Source of the DNA: Candidatus Magasanikiibacteriota bacterium
GTDB taxonomy: Bacteria; Patescibacteriota; Patescibacteriia; Magasanikbacterales; GWA2-37-8
Direction: 5' to 3'
Assembly: GCA_017991415.1 (NCBI GenBank)
Contig: JAGOQR010000003.1
Span: 108,279-172,278 of the forward strand
DNA length: 64,000 nt
Shown: piece after piece, positions 55,197 through 64,000 of the stretch
How the letters are laid out: each line of letters opens with the position of its first letter
How positions within the stretch are numbered: position 1 is the stretch's first letter
Position numbers and translations under genes: made by a program
Notes under the pieces: generated by a model
The model's input: only the letters and a program-made list of their open reading frames with translations
Database searches by the model: none
Told to the model about the DNA's origin: nothing

Positions 55197-56930
55197 TTAT
55201 TCTTTCGTGACACGGAGCACCTCGCTGATAGTAGTAATGCCCATCTTGGCTTTTACTAGTCCGTCTTCAAGCATGGTGATCATGCCTTTTTCACGGGCAT
55301 ATTTTTTAATATCATCCGCGGTACAGTGGGCATTAATCATTTTGATTAACTCTTCGTCCATTTCAAGAATTTCGTAGATACCCATGCGTCCTTTAAAACC
55401 AGTTTGGCCGCAGCGGTTACAGCCCTCGCCTTTATAAAAGGTAATTTTTTCTACGTCGCTACCCTCGTCTTTGTAATCTTTTGGGATATTTGCTTTAAAA
55501 AGTGCAGAGATTTTTTTAACATCAAATACGCGGCCTAATTCGTTTTCGATTTCCTTGTCCAAAAAATATCCTTTTTTACAGTAGCTGCAAATTTTACGAA
55601 CCAAACGTTGGGCCATAACGATATTGGTTGTATAAGCTACTAAAAATGGGGCTACGCCCATATCCACCAAGCGTGGCAGGGTAGTCGGCGCATTATTGGT
55701 ATGTAGTGTAGAGAGCACTAAGTGACCAGTCATGGCCGCATGAATAGCAATTTCGGCAGTTTCTTGGTCGCGGATTTCTCCCACCATGATAATGTTTGGA
55801 TCTTGGCGCAAGAACGAGCGTAAGCCTGCAGCGAATGTGAAGCCTACCTTTGCATTTATTTGGCTTTGGTTAACACCCTGCATTCTATACTCAATTGGAT
55901 CTTCGATGGTACAAATATTAACCCCTGGTTGGTTGAGGATGCCGAGCACTGAATAGAGAGTAGTAGTTTTTCCTGATCCTGTTGGTCCAGTTACCAAGAT
56001 CATACCGTGTGGTTTTTTGATGGCATCTTCAAGAATTTTTCTTGGCTTATCTAAAAATCCAAGCTGGTCGAGGGTTACTGGTTTGGCGCCTTCGTGGAGT
56101 AGGCGTAATACGATTTTTTCTCCGTCATAGACAGGGATAATAGAGACACGAAAGGCCATTTTTTCTTCTTGAATTTGTATCTTAAAACGGCCGTCTTGTG
56201 GTACCATGTGCTCATCAATTTTTAGATTTGATAGAATTTTTACTCTGGCAATAAGACCGCTCTGGACATTTTTTGGTAAAGTCATGATTGGTTTGAGAAT
56301 ACCATCAATACGATAGCGGACAGCGAGTTCTTTTTCGTTAGGTTCTATGTGGATATCGGAGGCATTTTCATAGACAGCATGCTCTAAAATAGTGTTAACA
56401 ATATTAACGGTAGGGATTTCTTCGGCAGCTTTTTTGAGGTCAGTCCCTAATACTTCTTCGTTTCCATCTTGGACAATACGTAAATCGTCTTCAAGTTCGG
56501 CATGATAGCGACGCAAGGCTTCTTTGAGGTCGCCAGGAGAGGTAATAAAAACCTTAGGCTCTAAGCCAGTTTTACGACGTAGAAATTCGATAGTCTGAAT
56601 ATCGGTAGGATCTGTCATTGCAAGCTGAAGCTGGTCTTTATCTTTATCAAAAGCAACTACCTGGTGTGTGCCAGCCACGGGACCAGGTATAAGATTGAGA
56701 ATTTCTTTTTTTATTTCTTTGCCTTTTAAGCTAATATAAGGGATTTCAAGGTATTCGGCTGCTTTTTCGTATAATTCTGTCTCGTTTATAATTCCGTCAC
56801 TTATCAGCATTTCCTCGAGGGTTTTGTTAAGCTTATCGGCTTTAGCTTGGGCAGATTTTAGGCTTGCAGCATCACCCAAGTTGTATTTTTTTAATATGAG
56901 TTTGAGGGTTTTTGGTAAAAGCATACGCAA
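55197..56930 (-). CDS. pilB: Type IV pilus assembly ATPase (GspE/PilB family).
   Basis: Walker A GPTGSGKTT. His box. C-terminal tetra-Cys motif (CSYC...CNRC). Confidence 0.9.
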   Translation of the reverse strand: MRMLLPKTLKLILKKYNLGDAASLKSAQAKADKLNKTLEEMLISDGIINETELYEKAAEYLEIPYISLKGKEIKKEILNLIPGPVAGTHQVVAFDKDKDQLQLAMTDPTDIQTIEFLRRKTGLEPKVFITSPGDLKEALRRYHAELEDDLRIVQDGNEEVLGTDLKKAAEEIPTVNIVNTILEHAVYENASDIHIEPNEKELAVRYRIDGILKPIMTLPKNVQSGLIARVKILSNLKIDEHMVPQDGRFKIQIQEEKMAFRVSIIPVYDGEKIVLRLLHEGAKPVTLDQLGFLDKPRKILEDAIKKPHGMILVTGPTGSGKTTTLYSVLGILNQPGVNICTIEDPIEYRMQGVNQSQINAKVGFTFAAGLRSFLRQDPNIIMVGEIRDQETAEIAIHAAMTGHLVLSTLHTNNAPTTLPRLVDMGVAPFLVAYTTNIVMAQRLVRKICSYCKKGYFLDKEIENELGRVFDVKKISALFKANIPKDYKDEGSDVEKITFYKGEGCNRCGQTGFKGRMGIYEILEMDEELIKMINAHCTADDIKKYAREKGMITMLEDGLVKAKMGITTISEVLRVTKE

Positions 56931-57192
56931 TCCTAAAATTGAGAAATTATTCTTTCGTTTTATGAAAGAAGTATAGCATAAAATAGTATTATACAGAAGT
57001 GGTTTATTTAGTTTGATGTATTAAATAGCAAACCATGTCGCCCGTCTTGACTTTATAGCCGTTTGTTGCTATTATGGTCGTACCTTTGGTATCTGTGATA
57101 AATATGATTCGTCGATGGTCATTTTTATCAAAAATCAAAAATTAAGAGTCAAATCTCATATAATTTTTTAGTTATAAATAAAGTATTACAGT

Positions 57193-57696
57193 ATGATGAA
57201 AAAGTACGAATTATTGCTGGTTTTACCAGGCACTTTGGATGAAAAAGAAGTTGGTAAACAAATAAATGAAATTAAAGAATCATTGAGTGTTAATGCTAAA
57301 GACTTAGAGCTTAATAATTTGGGCAAAGTAAGATTGGCTTACCCTATTAAGCAAATTAGATATGGCTATTACTACACAGTGATTTTCAGTGCTAATCCAG
57401 AAGCAGTACAGGTAATATCCAATAAATTAAAATTACGATCAGATGTTTTGCGCAGTATGATTACTGTGTTTAATATCAACGTTTCTGCTGCTAAGAAAAT
57501 TGTATATAACACCAATGAAGTAGGTGTAACTACTATGGTAGAGCGAGACGAAGTAGCTCCAGTAGTAGAAGAAAAAGTTGTTGTGGCAGCTAAGCCTACA
57601 AAAAGTAAGGCTGAAGAAACCAAAATCGATTTAAAAGAAATTGATGAAAAATTGAACGCCATTTTAGACAATGAGAATATAATACCAGGTGTATAA
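57193..57696 (+). CDS. rpsF: 30S ribosomal protein S6 with a C-terminal extension.
   Basis: MMKKYELLLVLPGTLDE N-terminus. Precedes ssb and rpsR. Confidence 0.85.
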   Translation: MMKKYELLLVLPGTLDEKEVGKQINEIKESLSVNAKDLELNNLGKVRLAYPIKQIRYGYYYTVIFSANPEAVQVISNKLKLRSDVLRSMITVFNINVSAAKKIVYNTNEVGVTTMVERDEVAPVVEEKVVVAAKPTKSKAEETKIDLKEIDEKLNAILDNENIIPGV

Positions 57697-57764
57697 TTAC
57701 ATTATAAACTCACTCGTTCGAAAATAATCAAAACATTTGGTTATTTGTCTATCACATTTCTCAT

Positions 57765-58202
57765 ATGGATTTAAACAAAGCAATGATTATCGGCCGTTTA
57801 ACTCGCGACCCAGAATTGCGAAATACACCGAAAGGTAAGCCAGTAGCTACGCTCAGTTTGGCTACTAATAGAATCTGGATAGATGCTAACAGCCAAAAAC
57901 AGAAGCAAGTTGAATTCCACAATGTGGTAATGTGGGGGAAATTAGCAGAGATTTGCAGTCAATATCTTCGCAAGGGTGGAAAAATCTATGTTGAAGGCAG
58001 ATTGCAAACTCGTGAGTGGACAGGGCAGGATTCTGTTAAAAGATATCGCACCGAAATTATCGGCGAAAACATGATCATGCTTGATTCCAAAGCTGGCCCA
58101 GCAGGTGCTCCTATGACGAGTGGAGAAAGCTTTACAGGAATGCCTGAAGCGCCACAAGAAGTAATCGAAGAAGAGGTAAAAGTAGAAGATATCCCATTTT
58201 AA
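57765..58202 (+). CDS. ssb: Single-stranded DNA-binding protein.
   Basis: OB-fold. Acidic C-terminal tip ...EDIPF. Confidence 0.9.
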   Translation: MDLNKAMIIGRLTRDPELRNTPKGKPVATLSLATNRIWIDANSQKQKQVEFHNVVMWGKLAEICSQYLRKGGKIYVEGRLQTREWTGQDSVKRYRTEIIGENMIMLDSKAGPAGAPMTSGESFTGMPEAPQEVIEEEVKVEDIPF

Positions 58203-58237
58203 ATATTTAAATACTAAAACTGAAGCAGTAAAATTCT

Positions 58238-58471
58238 ATGAATAATAACGTTGCTACCAAAGAACCACAAAAAGACAAAGCTTGTTATTTTTGTGTCAAT
58301 AATAGACTAGTTGTTGATTACAAAGATTTTAATACACTCAGACGTTTCGTTTCTTCTTATATGAAAATTGCGCCTCGTAGACGCAGTGGCTTGTGTGCTA
58401 AACACCAGCGCCAAGTAGCTGGAGCTGTAAAGAGAGCTAGACAAGCTTCCCTCATGCCGTACACCGCCTAA
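58238..58471 (+). CDS. rpsR: 30S ribosomal protein S18.
   Basis: CYFC...DYKD...LRRFVS...PRRRSGLCAKHQR. Confidence 0.9.
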   Translation: MNNNVATKEPQKDKACYFCVNNRLVVDYKDFNTLRRFVSSYMKIAPRRRSGLCAKHQRQVAGAVKRARQASLMPYTA

Positions 58472-58477
58472 ACAATA

Positions 58478-58503
58478 AAAAAGCCCCGCAAGGGGCTTTT
58501 AAA
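58478..58503 (+). terminator. Intrinsic terminator (AGCCCC-GCAA-GGGGCT plus TTTT).
   Basis: Hairpin with GNRA-like loop and T-run. Confidence 0.6.
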
Positions 58504-58524
58504 GTATTTTACCTGCATCATACT

Positions 58525-59556
58525 ATGAGTAATTGGCTTGACTTAAAAAATACTCCTCGATTAAAAAATATTTTTAATACTCGTATTTCTATTATAAAAT
58601 TAATTCGAGAGTTTTTTTGGTCCCAAGGTTTTATAGAAATTGAAACCCCTATGGCAGTCCGTTTGGCTAGTCAAGAACCATATCTCAACCCATTGCCACT
58701 TACTATTCACGACCCAAATAGCAAGAGTGAAAGGTTTTATTTGCGCACTTCTCCTGAGTTTTCTTTGAAGAAAGTATTGGCAGCAGGGTACGAGAAAATC
58801 TTTGAAATAGGTAAATGTTTTCGTGACTTTGAAAGTTTTGGCGGTAATCATAATACTGAGTTTACCATGATTGAATGGTATCGAGCTCCAGGTACGTATC
58901 AGGATATTATGAATGATACAGAAGAGCTGTTTAAGTTTATTGGTAAAAAAATAAACAAAGAAACTTTTGTATATCGGAATAATACTATAGATATATCGGC
59001 ATCTTGGGATCGATTTAGTATGAAAGAGGTTTGGAAAAAGTTTATTGCTATTGACCTAGATAATTTTTTGGAAAAAGATAAGCTGATAGAGTTAGCAAAA
59101 TCGAGAGGGTACTCTGTTCAAGACGCTGATGCGTACGAAGATGTTTTTTATAAAATTTTTCTAAATGAAATAGAACCGCACCTAGGAATTGAAAGACCTG
59201 TTTTTGTATATGATTATCCAGCGTGCATGACCTCGTTATCGCAATCTTGCGAGGATGCTCGGTATGCTCAGCGGTTTGAGTTGTATATTGGCGGCCTCGA
59301 GATAGCTAACGCCTTTGGTGAATTGACTGATGCTGTAAAACAAAAAAAGAACTTAGAAGAAGATAGGGAAAAAAGAAAGCTTTTAAATAAAGAAATATGG
59401 CCTGTTGATCCAGATTTTATTGCGGCCCTGCAATCAGGTATTAGCCCAGCTGGGGGTATTGCCTTAGGGGTAGATCGTATGGTACTATTGTTTACCGAAG
59501 CCAAAGATCTTAACGAAGTAATCTTTCAATCGGTTAAAGACCAAATAAATACATAA
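58525..59556 (+). CDS. epmA: EpmA/PoxA-like EF-P lysine ligase (LysRS class II catalytic-domain paralogue).
   Basis: 343 aa class II aaRS core (motif 2-like FRDFESFGGNHNTEFTMIEWY) without an anticodon-binding domain. Directly upstream of efp. Confidence 0.65.
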   Translation: MSNWLDLKNTPRLKNIFNTRISIIKLIREFFWSQGFIEIETPMAVRLASQEPYLNPLPLTIHDPNSKSERFYLRTSPEFSLKKVLAAGYEKIFEIGKCFRDFESFGGNHNTEFTMIEWYRAPGTYQDIMNDTEELFKFIGKKINKETFVYRNNTIDISASWDRFSMKEVWKKFIAIDLDNFLEKDKLIELAKSRGYSVQDADAYEDVFYKIFLNEIEPHLGIERPVFVYDYPACMTSLSQSCEDARYAQRFELYIGGLEIANAFGELTDAVKQKKNLEEDREKRKLLNKEIWPVDPDFIAALQSGISPAGGIALGVDRMVLLFTEAKDLNEVIFQSVKDQINT

Positions 59557-59584
59557 ATCTTATTAATTCGTAATTCAAACGTGT

Positions 59585-60151
59585 ATGGCCTCAACAACGG
59601 ATGTTCGTAAAGGAGTAGTTATTCGTCAGCCAAATGATTTATTTGTTGTAGTTGAATTTCAGCATGTAAATCCAGGTAAGGGCGCAGCATTTGTACGCAC
59701 TCGTATGAAAAGTTTGGGCACTGGCAAGGTGGTTGAAGTAACATATAAAACAAGTGAAAGCGTTGATATTGTGCAGGTAGATTTTCGAACCATGCAATTT
59801 TTATATAAGAGTGGCGATAATTTGGCGTTCATGAATATGGAAAATTATGAGCAGATAGAGATGAATGGAGATCTAATTGGTGATGAGGCTAAATACCTCA
59901 AAGAAGGCCTTGATGTAGTAGTTGGTTTGTATGAAGGTAGGCCAGTAAGTGTGCAATTACCTAAAAAAATTAAGTATACAGTTGTCGAAGCGCCGCCAGC
60001 AGTGCGCGGCGATAGTGCTACCGGCAACGTAACTAAAGAAATTACTCTAGACAATGGTTTAAAAGTACAAGCTCCCATATTTATTAAAGAAGGAGAAGAA
60101 ATTTTGGTAAATACTGAGACTGGAGATTATTCTGCCAGAGCAAATTCCTAA
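59585..60151 (+). CDS. efp: Elongation factor P, with the conserved Lys in the PGKG loop.
   Basis: 188 aa. QHVNPGKGAAFVRTRMKSL. Confidence 0.9.
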   Translation: MASTTDVRKGVVIRQPNDLFVVVEFQHVNPGKGAAFVRTRMKSLGTGKVVEVTYKTSESVDIVQVDFRTMQFLYKSGDNLAFMNMENYEQIEMNGDLIGDEAKYLKEGLDVVVGLYEGRPVSVQLPKKIKYTVVEAPPAVRGDSATGNVTKEITLDNGLKVQAPIFIKEGEEILVNTETGDYSARANS

Positions 60152-60162
60152 TAAATTAAAAA

Positions 60163-60187
60163 AGACCTTATAGAAAGGTCTTTTTTA
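60163..60187. terminator. Bidirectional terminator (AGACCTT/AAGGTCT hairpin, A-run and T-run).
   Basis: Inverted repeat between convergent efp and the lipoprotein gene. Confidence 0.55.
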
Positions 60188-60194
60188 ATTTAAT

Positions 60195-60947
60195 TTATTC
60201 AACGACGAGAGTGCCAGTCATTGCTTTGTGGCCAGCGCCACATGCAACGCTACAGCTAAAAGTAAATGTTCCAGCTTTATCTGCTGCAAATTCAATAGTT
60301 TTTGTTTTGCCTGGTTCGAGAGTTTCTTTTATATTAAAACTAGGTAACATAAGACCGTGAGCTACATCTACACTTGTTACTTTAAGTACCACGGTGTCTC
60401 CCTTTTTAACCTTAATTGTAGAGGGGGAGAATGACCATTGTTTTGCAGTAACAATAAACTCTTTGCGGTTACTGGTAGTGTTTGTAGGCACCGTTGCTTT
60501 TGTGATCTCGCCTTGGTTTAAAATAGTAAATTCTTGCATTATTACCTGCTGATCTTTAATTACTGCGCCATCCGAACCAGGTGATTCAAAAGCTCCTTTT
60601 GGATCTCTGTCATAGTGAAGCATAGCAACCAGAGAAGGGCTTACTTTATTTCTATCAACGGTAATCTTTATTTTTGTATCAGTGCCAGTTGGTAAGGCGG
60701 TATAACCGATGATTTCTCCTATTTGTCCGTTTTCTTTAGCGTGGATTGCAATCCAACCATCCTCAGGTATAGAAGCTTTGGCTACAATAATTTCATTATT
60801 CTCGGCTAGATTTTGATCCGAAACAGAGATAGTAGGGTCTGCTGGTTGGGTACTTTTACCAGATAGGAGGGGGCTTTTATTGCAACCTGCGCCTAAAACA
60901 GTAAGAGCACCTACAGTGGCAAGTATAATGGCTAGTTTTTTGCTCAT
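60195..60947 (-). CDS. Lipoprotein with a C-terminal cupredoxin-like domain carrying a CuA-type ligand pattern.
   Basis: LGAGC lipobox. C-terminal HGL...CSVACGAGHKAM = H...C-x3-C-x3-H-x2-M, the CuA-site spacing. Confidence 0.5.
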   Translation of the reverse strand: MSKKLAIILATVGALTVLGAGCNKSPLLSGKSTQPADPTISVSDQNLAENNEIIVAKASIPEDGWIAIHAKENGQIGEIIGYTALPTGTDTKIKITVDRNKVSPSLVAMLHYDRDPKGAFESPGSDGAVIKDQQVIMQEFTILNQGEITKATVPTNTTSNRKEFIVTAKQWSFSPSTIKVKKGDTVVLKVTSVDVAHGLMLPSFNIKETLEPGKTKTIEFAADKAGTFTFSCSVACGAGHKAMTGTLVVE

Positions 60948-61136
60948 ATAGAGTAAAATTTAAAAATTAACCCTTTAGTTGTCTGTGGAATAAATCCACA
61001 GATTTACTATACAGGCAGTTGACTTTTTTGTAAATTCTAGTAGAATATGTCCAATGTAGGTGTCATATACTGAAGTATATAATACTGCTCATCGGTAATA
61101 AAAACAAATCCATTTTGTTTTTTTGCAACACTCCTC

Positions 61137-61208
61137 GCAGGTGTCATATAACGGCTATTATTCCAGTTTTCCAAACTGGTAACACGGGTTCGACTCCCGT
61201 CACCTGCT
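61137..61208 (+). tRNA. tRNA-Gly (TCC), with a weak 3-bp D-stem.
   Basis: Acceptor GCAGGTG/CACCTGC. Anticodon stem-loop CCAGT-TTTCCAA-ACTGG. T-arm ACGGG-TTCGACT-CCCGT. Discriminator T. Confidence 0.55.
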
Positions 61209-61212
61209 CAAA

Positions 61213-61250
61213 TAAAATCACCTGTAATTATACAGGTGATTTTATTTATA
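61213..61250 (+). terminator. Intrinsic terminator (AAAATCACCTGTA...TACAGGTGATTTT).
   Basis: 11-bp inverted repeat plus T-run. Confidence 0.55.
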
Positions 61251-61318
61251 GTTTTGAGCAAGTTTAACTTTGCCAATTGCTGTATAAGTGATAGAATATA
61301 TAAAATAATTTTTATTGT

Positions 61319-64000
61319 ATGTCCGACCCAAAACCTACTTCTAGCAGCCGTAATCTCTGGCATACCATGTCGGTATCCGAAGTTGCTATTGAGCTTAAGA
61401 CAAATATAGATATTGGTTTTTCCGCAGCAGAAGTTGAAACTCGACTTAAAGAATACGGTTCAAACCAGTTGCTTAAAGCCGAGCGTCCGCATGTTTTTCG
61501 TTTATTTTTTAATCAGTTTAAAAACAGTTTTATAATTCTGTTACTTGGAGCTGCTATTATCTCTGGTGTACTTGGGCATGCGGTCGAGGCAATTGCTATT
61601 GGTGTCATTATTTTTTTTACCGCTATTTTTGGCTTTGTTCAGGAGTGGCGTACAGAGCGCGCACTTGAAGCGCTACAAGCAATGTCAACGCCACTTGCCC
61701 TCGTGTTGCGAGAAGGAGTGGAAAAAGAAGTGCCAGCTCGTGATTTAGTTCCTGGAGATATTATAATTTTAGCTACAGGAGACAGGGTTCCCGCAGACGC
61801 TCGGCTAATCGAATCAATGAATTTAAAATTAGAAGAGGCAGTTCTCACTGGTGAATCTGTTCCCGTAGAAAAAAAGAGCAGCCTTATTTGTCCAGAAAAT
61901 GCTCTGGTTGGAGATCGCCGTAATATTGTTTTTGCAGGTACTTCTGTTACTTATGGTCGCGGACGAGCGATTGTGGTGGCTATTGGTATGTATAGTGAGT
62001 TTGGTCATATCGCTGGATTGCTGCAAGGTATAAAAAGAGAAGTAACGCCATTACAGAAGAGCTTAACTCACTTTGCTTCAATTTTAACAAAAGGAGCTCT
62101 AGTAATTGTTCTTGGTGTTATATTACTTGGTTTTTTTCGAGGGCAGCCAATTTTGGAAGCGGTAATTTTTGGTATTGCCTTGGCAGTAGCGGTTGTGCCC
62201 GAGGCGCTGCCAGCAGTTGTGACTATTTCTTTGGCGATTGGTGTGCAGCGCATGGCCAAACGTCACGCCCTTATACGGTATTTGCCTGCTGTCGAAATGT
62301 TAGGGTGTGCCACAATTATTTGTTCAGACAAAACAGGAACCCTTACAAAAGATGAAATGACAGTAAGAAAAATTTATTTAAACGGAGGCGCTGTGCTGGA
62401 TGTGACGGGAAGCGGATATGATCCCAAAGGGGAGTTTTTATTAAAAAATGAACACTACCAAATAGATGATGCGCTACTCTCTTTGTTGCAGGCAGCTACA
62501 CTCTGTTCTGATGCACGTCTTATGAAATCTGATGGCGCCTGGGATTTGGTTGGTGATCCTACCGAAGCAGCGCTTGTAGTAGCGGCCGCTAAAGCAGGGC
62601 TTAATAAAGATCTGCTCGATGAGCAGTTGCCAAGAATGGCGGAAGTTCCTTTTAGCTCCGAAACCAAACGCATGACGACCCTTCATCAAACTCCAAAAGG
62701 TACTATTGCGTATGGAAAAGGTGCGATTGAAGTAATTCTTTCTTCCTCTTCTTTTTATCAAACTGCTAAGGGTGAGGTGCAGCCGCTCACCGACGAAGTA
62801 AGAAAGTCGATTCTCGAAGTTGCGCATAGCTTTGCTGAAGAAGCGTTGCGTGTAATTGGTGTAGCATATGCTCCAACGACAGATTTGATTAAAGCTCAAA
62901 GTGAAATGGTGTTTTTGGGTATGTTAGCGATGATAGATCCGCCTCGTCCAGAAGCCAAAGCCGCTATTGCTAGTTGTTTTAAAGCTGGGATCGCCGTGAT
63001 GATGATAACAGGAGACCATCCTATAACAGCTACAGCAATTGCTCGTGAGTTAGGGTTGTTATTACCGCAAGGAAAAGTGTTAACTGGGGCAGAGCTTGCA
63101 GCTATGGATAGTGATGAGCTTGCAAAAAATATTGAGAGCATTAGTGTATGTGCTCGAGTTTCTCCTGAACATAAATTGCGTATTATAGAGGCTCTGCAAA
63201 AAAGAGGCCAAGTTGTGGCGATGACTGGCGATGGAATTAACGATGCCCCAGCTCTCAAAAAAGCGGATATTGGTATTGCGATGGGAATTACTGGTACTGA
63301 TGTTACCAAAGAAGCAGCTACCATGACATTAACTGACGATAATTTTGCTTCTATCGTTGCAGCGGTAGAAGAAGGAAGAGTCATTTTTGCTAATATTAAA
63401 AAGTTTTTGGCTTACCTTATTTCTTCAAATTTAGGGGAAATTGGTCTTATAGTCGTGGCTTCATTGCTCGGTCTACCGCTACCGCTTACCGCTGTGCAAA
63501 TTTTATATATCAATTTAATTTCAGACGGGTTACCCGCGCTTGCGTTGGCAGTTGATCCACCAGAGCAGGATATTATGAGTAAAAAACCGCGCAAATCTAC
63601 AGAAGGGTTGCTCAATCCAGCTTTGCTCGTTTTGATGATTGTTGGGGCTGCTTGGTCTGTGTTTGTTAATACAAGTCTCTTTATATGGGCTACAAATTCT
63701 GGTCGTCCAGTTGCAGAGGCTATGACCATGGTTTTTGCTTCGCTCGTGCTTATTCAATTTTTGATGACCTATAATTTTCGTTCTGGTTTTGTCTCGGTAT
63801 TTTTTCGTCCGTTCGCCAATCGCTGGCTTAATCTAGCAGTTTTGTCCGAGGTATTTTTGCTTCTGCCAATTATCTACCTACCTATTTTTCAGACTCCATT
63901 TAACACAGTGCCGCTCTCGCAATTTGATTGGGTAGTAGTGCTTTGTGTGGCTCTTACTCCAATTCCTGTCTTAGAGCTTGTTAAGTTGATAATACGCCTT
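61319..64000 (+). CDS. P-type cation-transporting ATPase (type II, Ca2+/Mg2+-like). Partial: it runs off the window end.
   Basis: TGESVPVEK actuator motif, SDKTGTLT phosphorylation site, TGDGINDAPALKKADIGIAMG hinge. No stop codon before 64000. Absent from the ORF track because it is open-ended. Confidence 0.85.
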   Translation, partial: MSDPKPTSSSRNLWHTMSVSEVAIELKTNIDIGFSAAEVETRLKEYGSNQLLKAERPHVFRLFFNQFKNSFIILLLGAAIISGVLGHAVEAIAIGVIIFFTAIFGFVQEWRTERALEALQAMSTPLALVLREGVEKEVPARDLVPGDIIILATGDRVPADARLIESMNLKLEEAVLTGESVPVEKKSSLICPENALVGDRRNIVFAGTSVTYGRGRAIVVAIGMYSEFGHIAGLLQGIKREVTPLQKSLTHFASILTKGALVIVLGVILLGFFRGQPILEAVIFGIALAVAVVPEALPAVVTISLAIGVQRMAKRHALIRYLPAVEMLGCATIICSDKTGTLTKDEMTVRKIYLNGGAVLDVTGSGYDPKGEFLLKNEHYQIDDALLSLLQAATLCSDARLMKSDGAWDLVGDPTEAALVVAAAKAGLNKDLLDEQLPRMAEVPFSSETKRMTTLHQTPKGTIAYGKGAIEVILSSSSFYQTAKGEVQPLTDEVRKSILEVAHSFAEEALRVIGVAYAPTTDLIKAQSEMVFLGMLAMIDPPRPEAKAAIASCFKAGIAVMMITGDHPITATAIARELGLLLPQGKVLTGAELAAMDSDELAKNIESISVCARVSPEHKLRIIEALQKRGQVVAMTGDGINDAPALKKADIGIAMGITGTDVTKEAATMTLTDDNFASIVAAVEEGRVIFANIKKFLAYLISSNLGEIGLIVVASLLGLPLPLTAVQILYINLISDGLPALALAVDPPEQDIMSKKPRKSTEGLLNPALLVLMIVGAAWSVFVNTSLFIWATNSGRPVAEAMTMVFASLVLIQFLMTYNFRSGFVSVFFRPFANRWLNLAVLSEVFLLLPIIYLPIFQTPFNTVPLSQFDWVVVLCVALTPIPVLELVKLIIRL

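Overview
This is a low-GC (about 35%) bacterial chromosome segment with the standard genetic code (TGA is used as a stop). It spans the replication-origin neighbourhood: dnaN and dnaA on the minus strand and rpmH-rnpA-yidD on the plus strand, with clusters of DnaA-box-like 9-mers in the flanking intergenic DNA. The gene content is compatible with a reduced-genome, surface-active bacterium, possibly Patescibacteria/CPR, but that placement is inference only. Housekeeping genes are recognisable from motifs: a DksA/TraR zinc-finger protein, lspA, a ComM/YifB ATPase, a cyclophilin, a class A PBP, tig, an H+-pyrophosphatase, a LysM/M23 peptidase, polA, holA, rpsT, rmuC, a TfoX-N protein, ychF, a THUMP methyltransferase, rpsF-ssb-rpsR, an EpmA-like ligase next to efp, a CuA-type cupredoxin lipoprotein and a partial P-type ATPase. 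Five tRNAs are present (Cys, Arg-CCT, Ala-GGC, Gly-TCC and one more detail below). Accessory content worth a second look: (1) a BlaI/CopY-type repressor and an M56 (BlaR1-like) peptidase head an operon of five extracytoplasmic, cysteine-motif proteins, three of which end in an identical extreme C-terminal GGC motif; (2) two compositional islands (about 58-70% GC), one with two small actinobacterial-codon-usage ORFs flanked by perfect hairpins, the other encoding an HExxH lipoprotein; (3) a free-standing LAGLIDADG endonuclease gene bracketed exactly by 15-bp direct repeats; (4) a surface-protein cluster dominated by a 3503-aa giant protein with tail-fibre-like repeats, four 7-bladed LVIVD-type propellers and an internal peptidase-S74-like autoproteolytic domain, followed by a 1014-aa fn3/MopE-like/CarboxypepD_reg protein and, nearby, a type IV pilus pilB-pilC-pilM-pilN-pilO operon; (5) a promoter-to-terminator GC-rich unit of about 340 nt with no credible ORF, a candidate ncRNA. 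No CRISPR array, integrase or transposase was seen.
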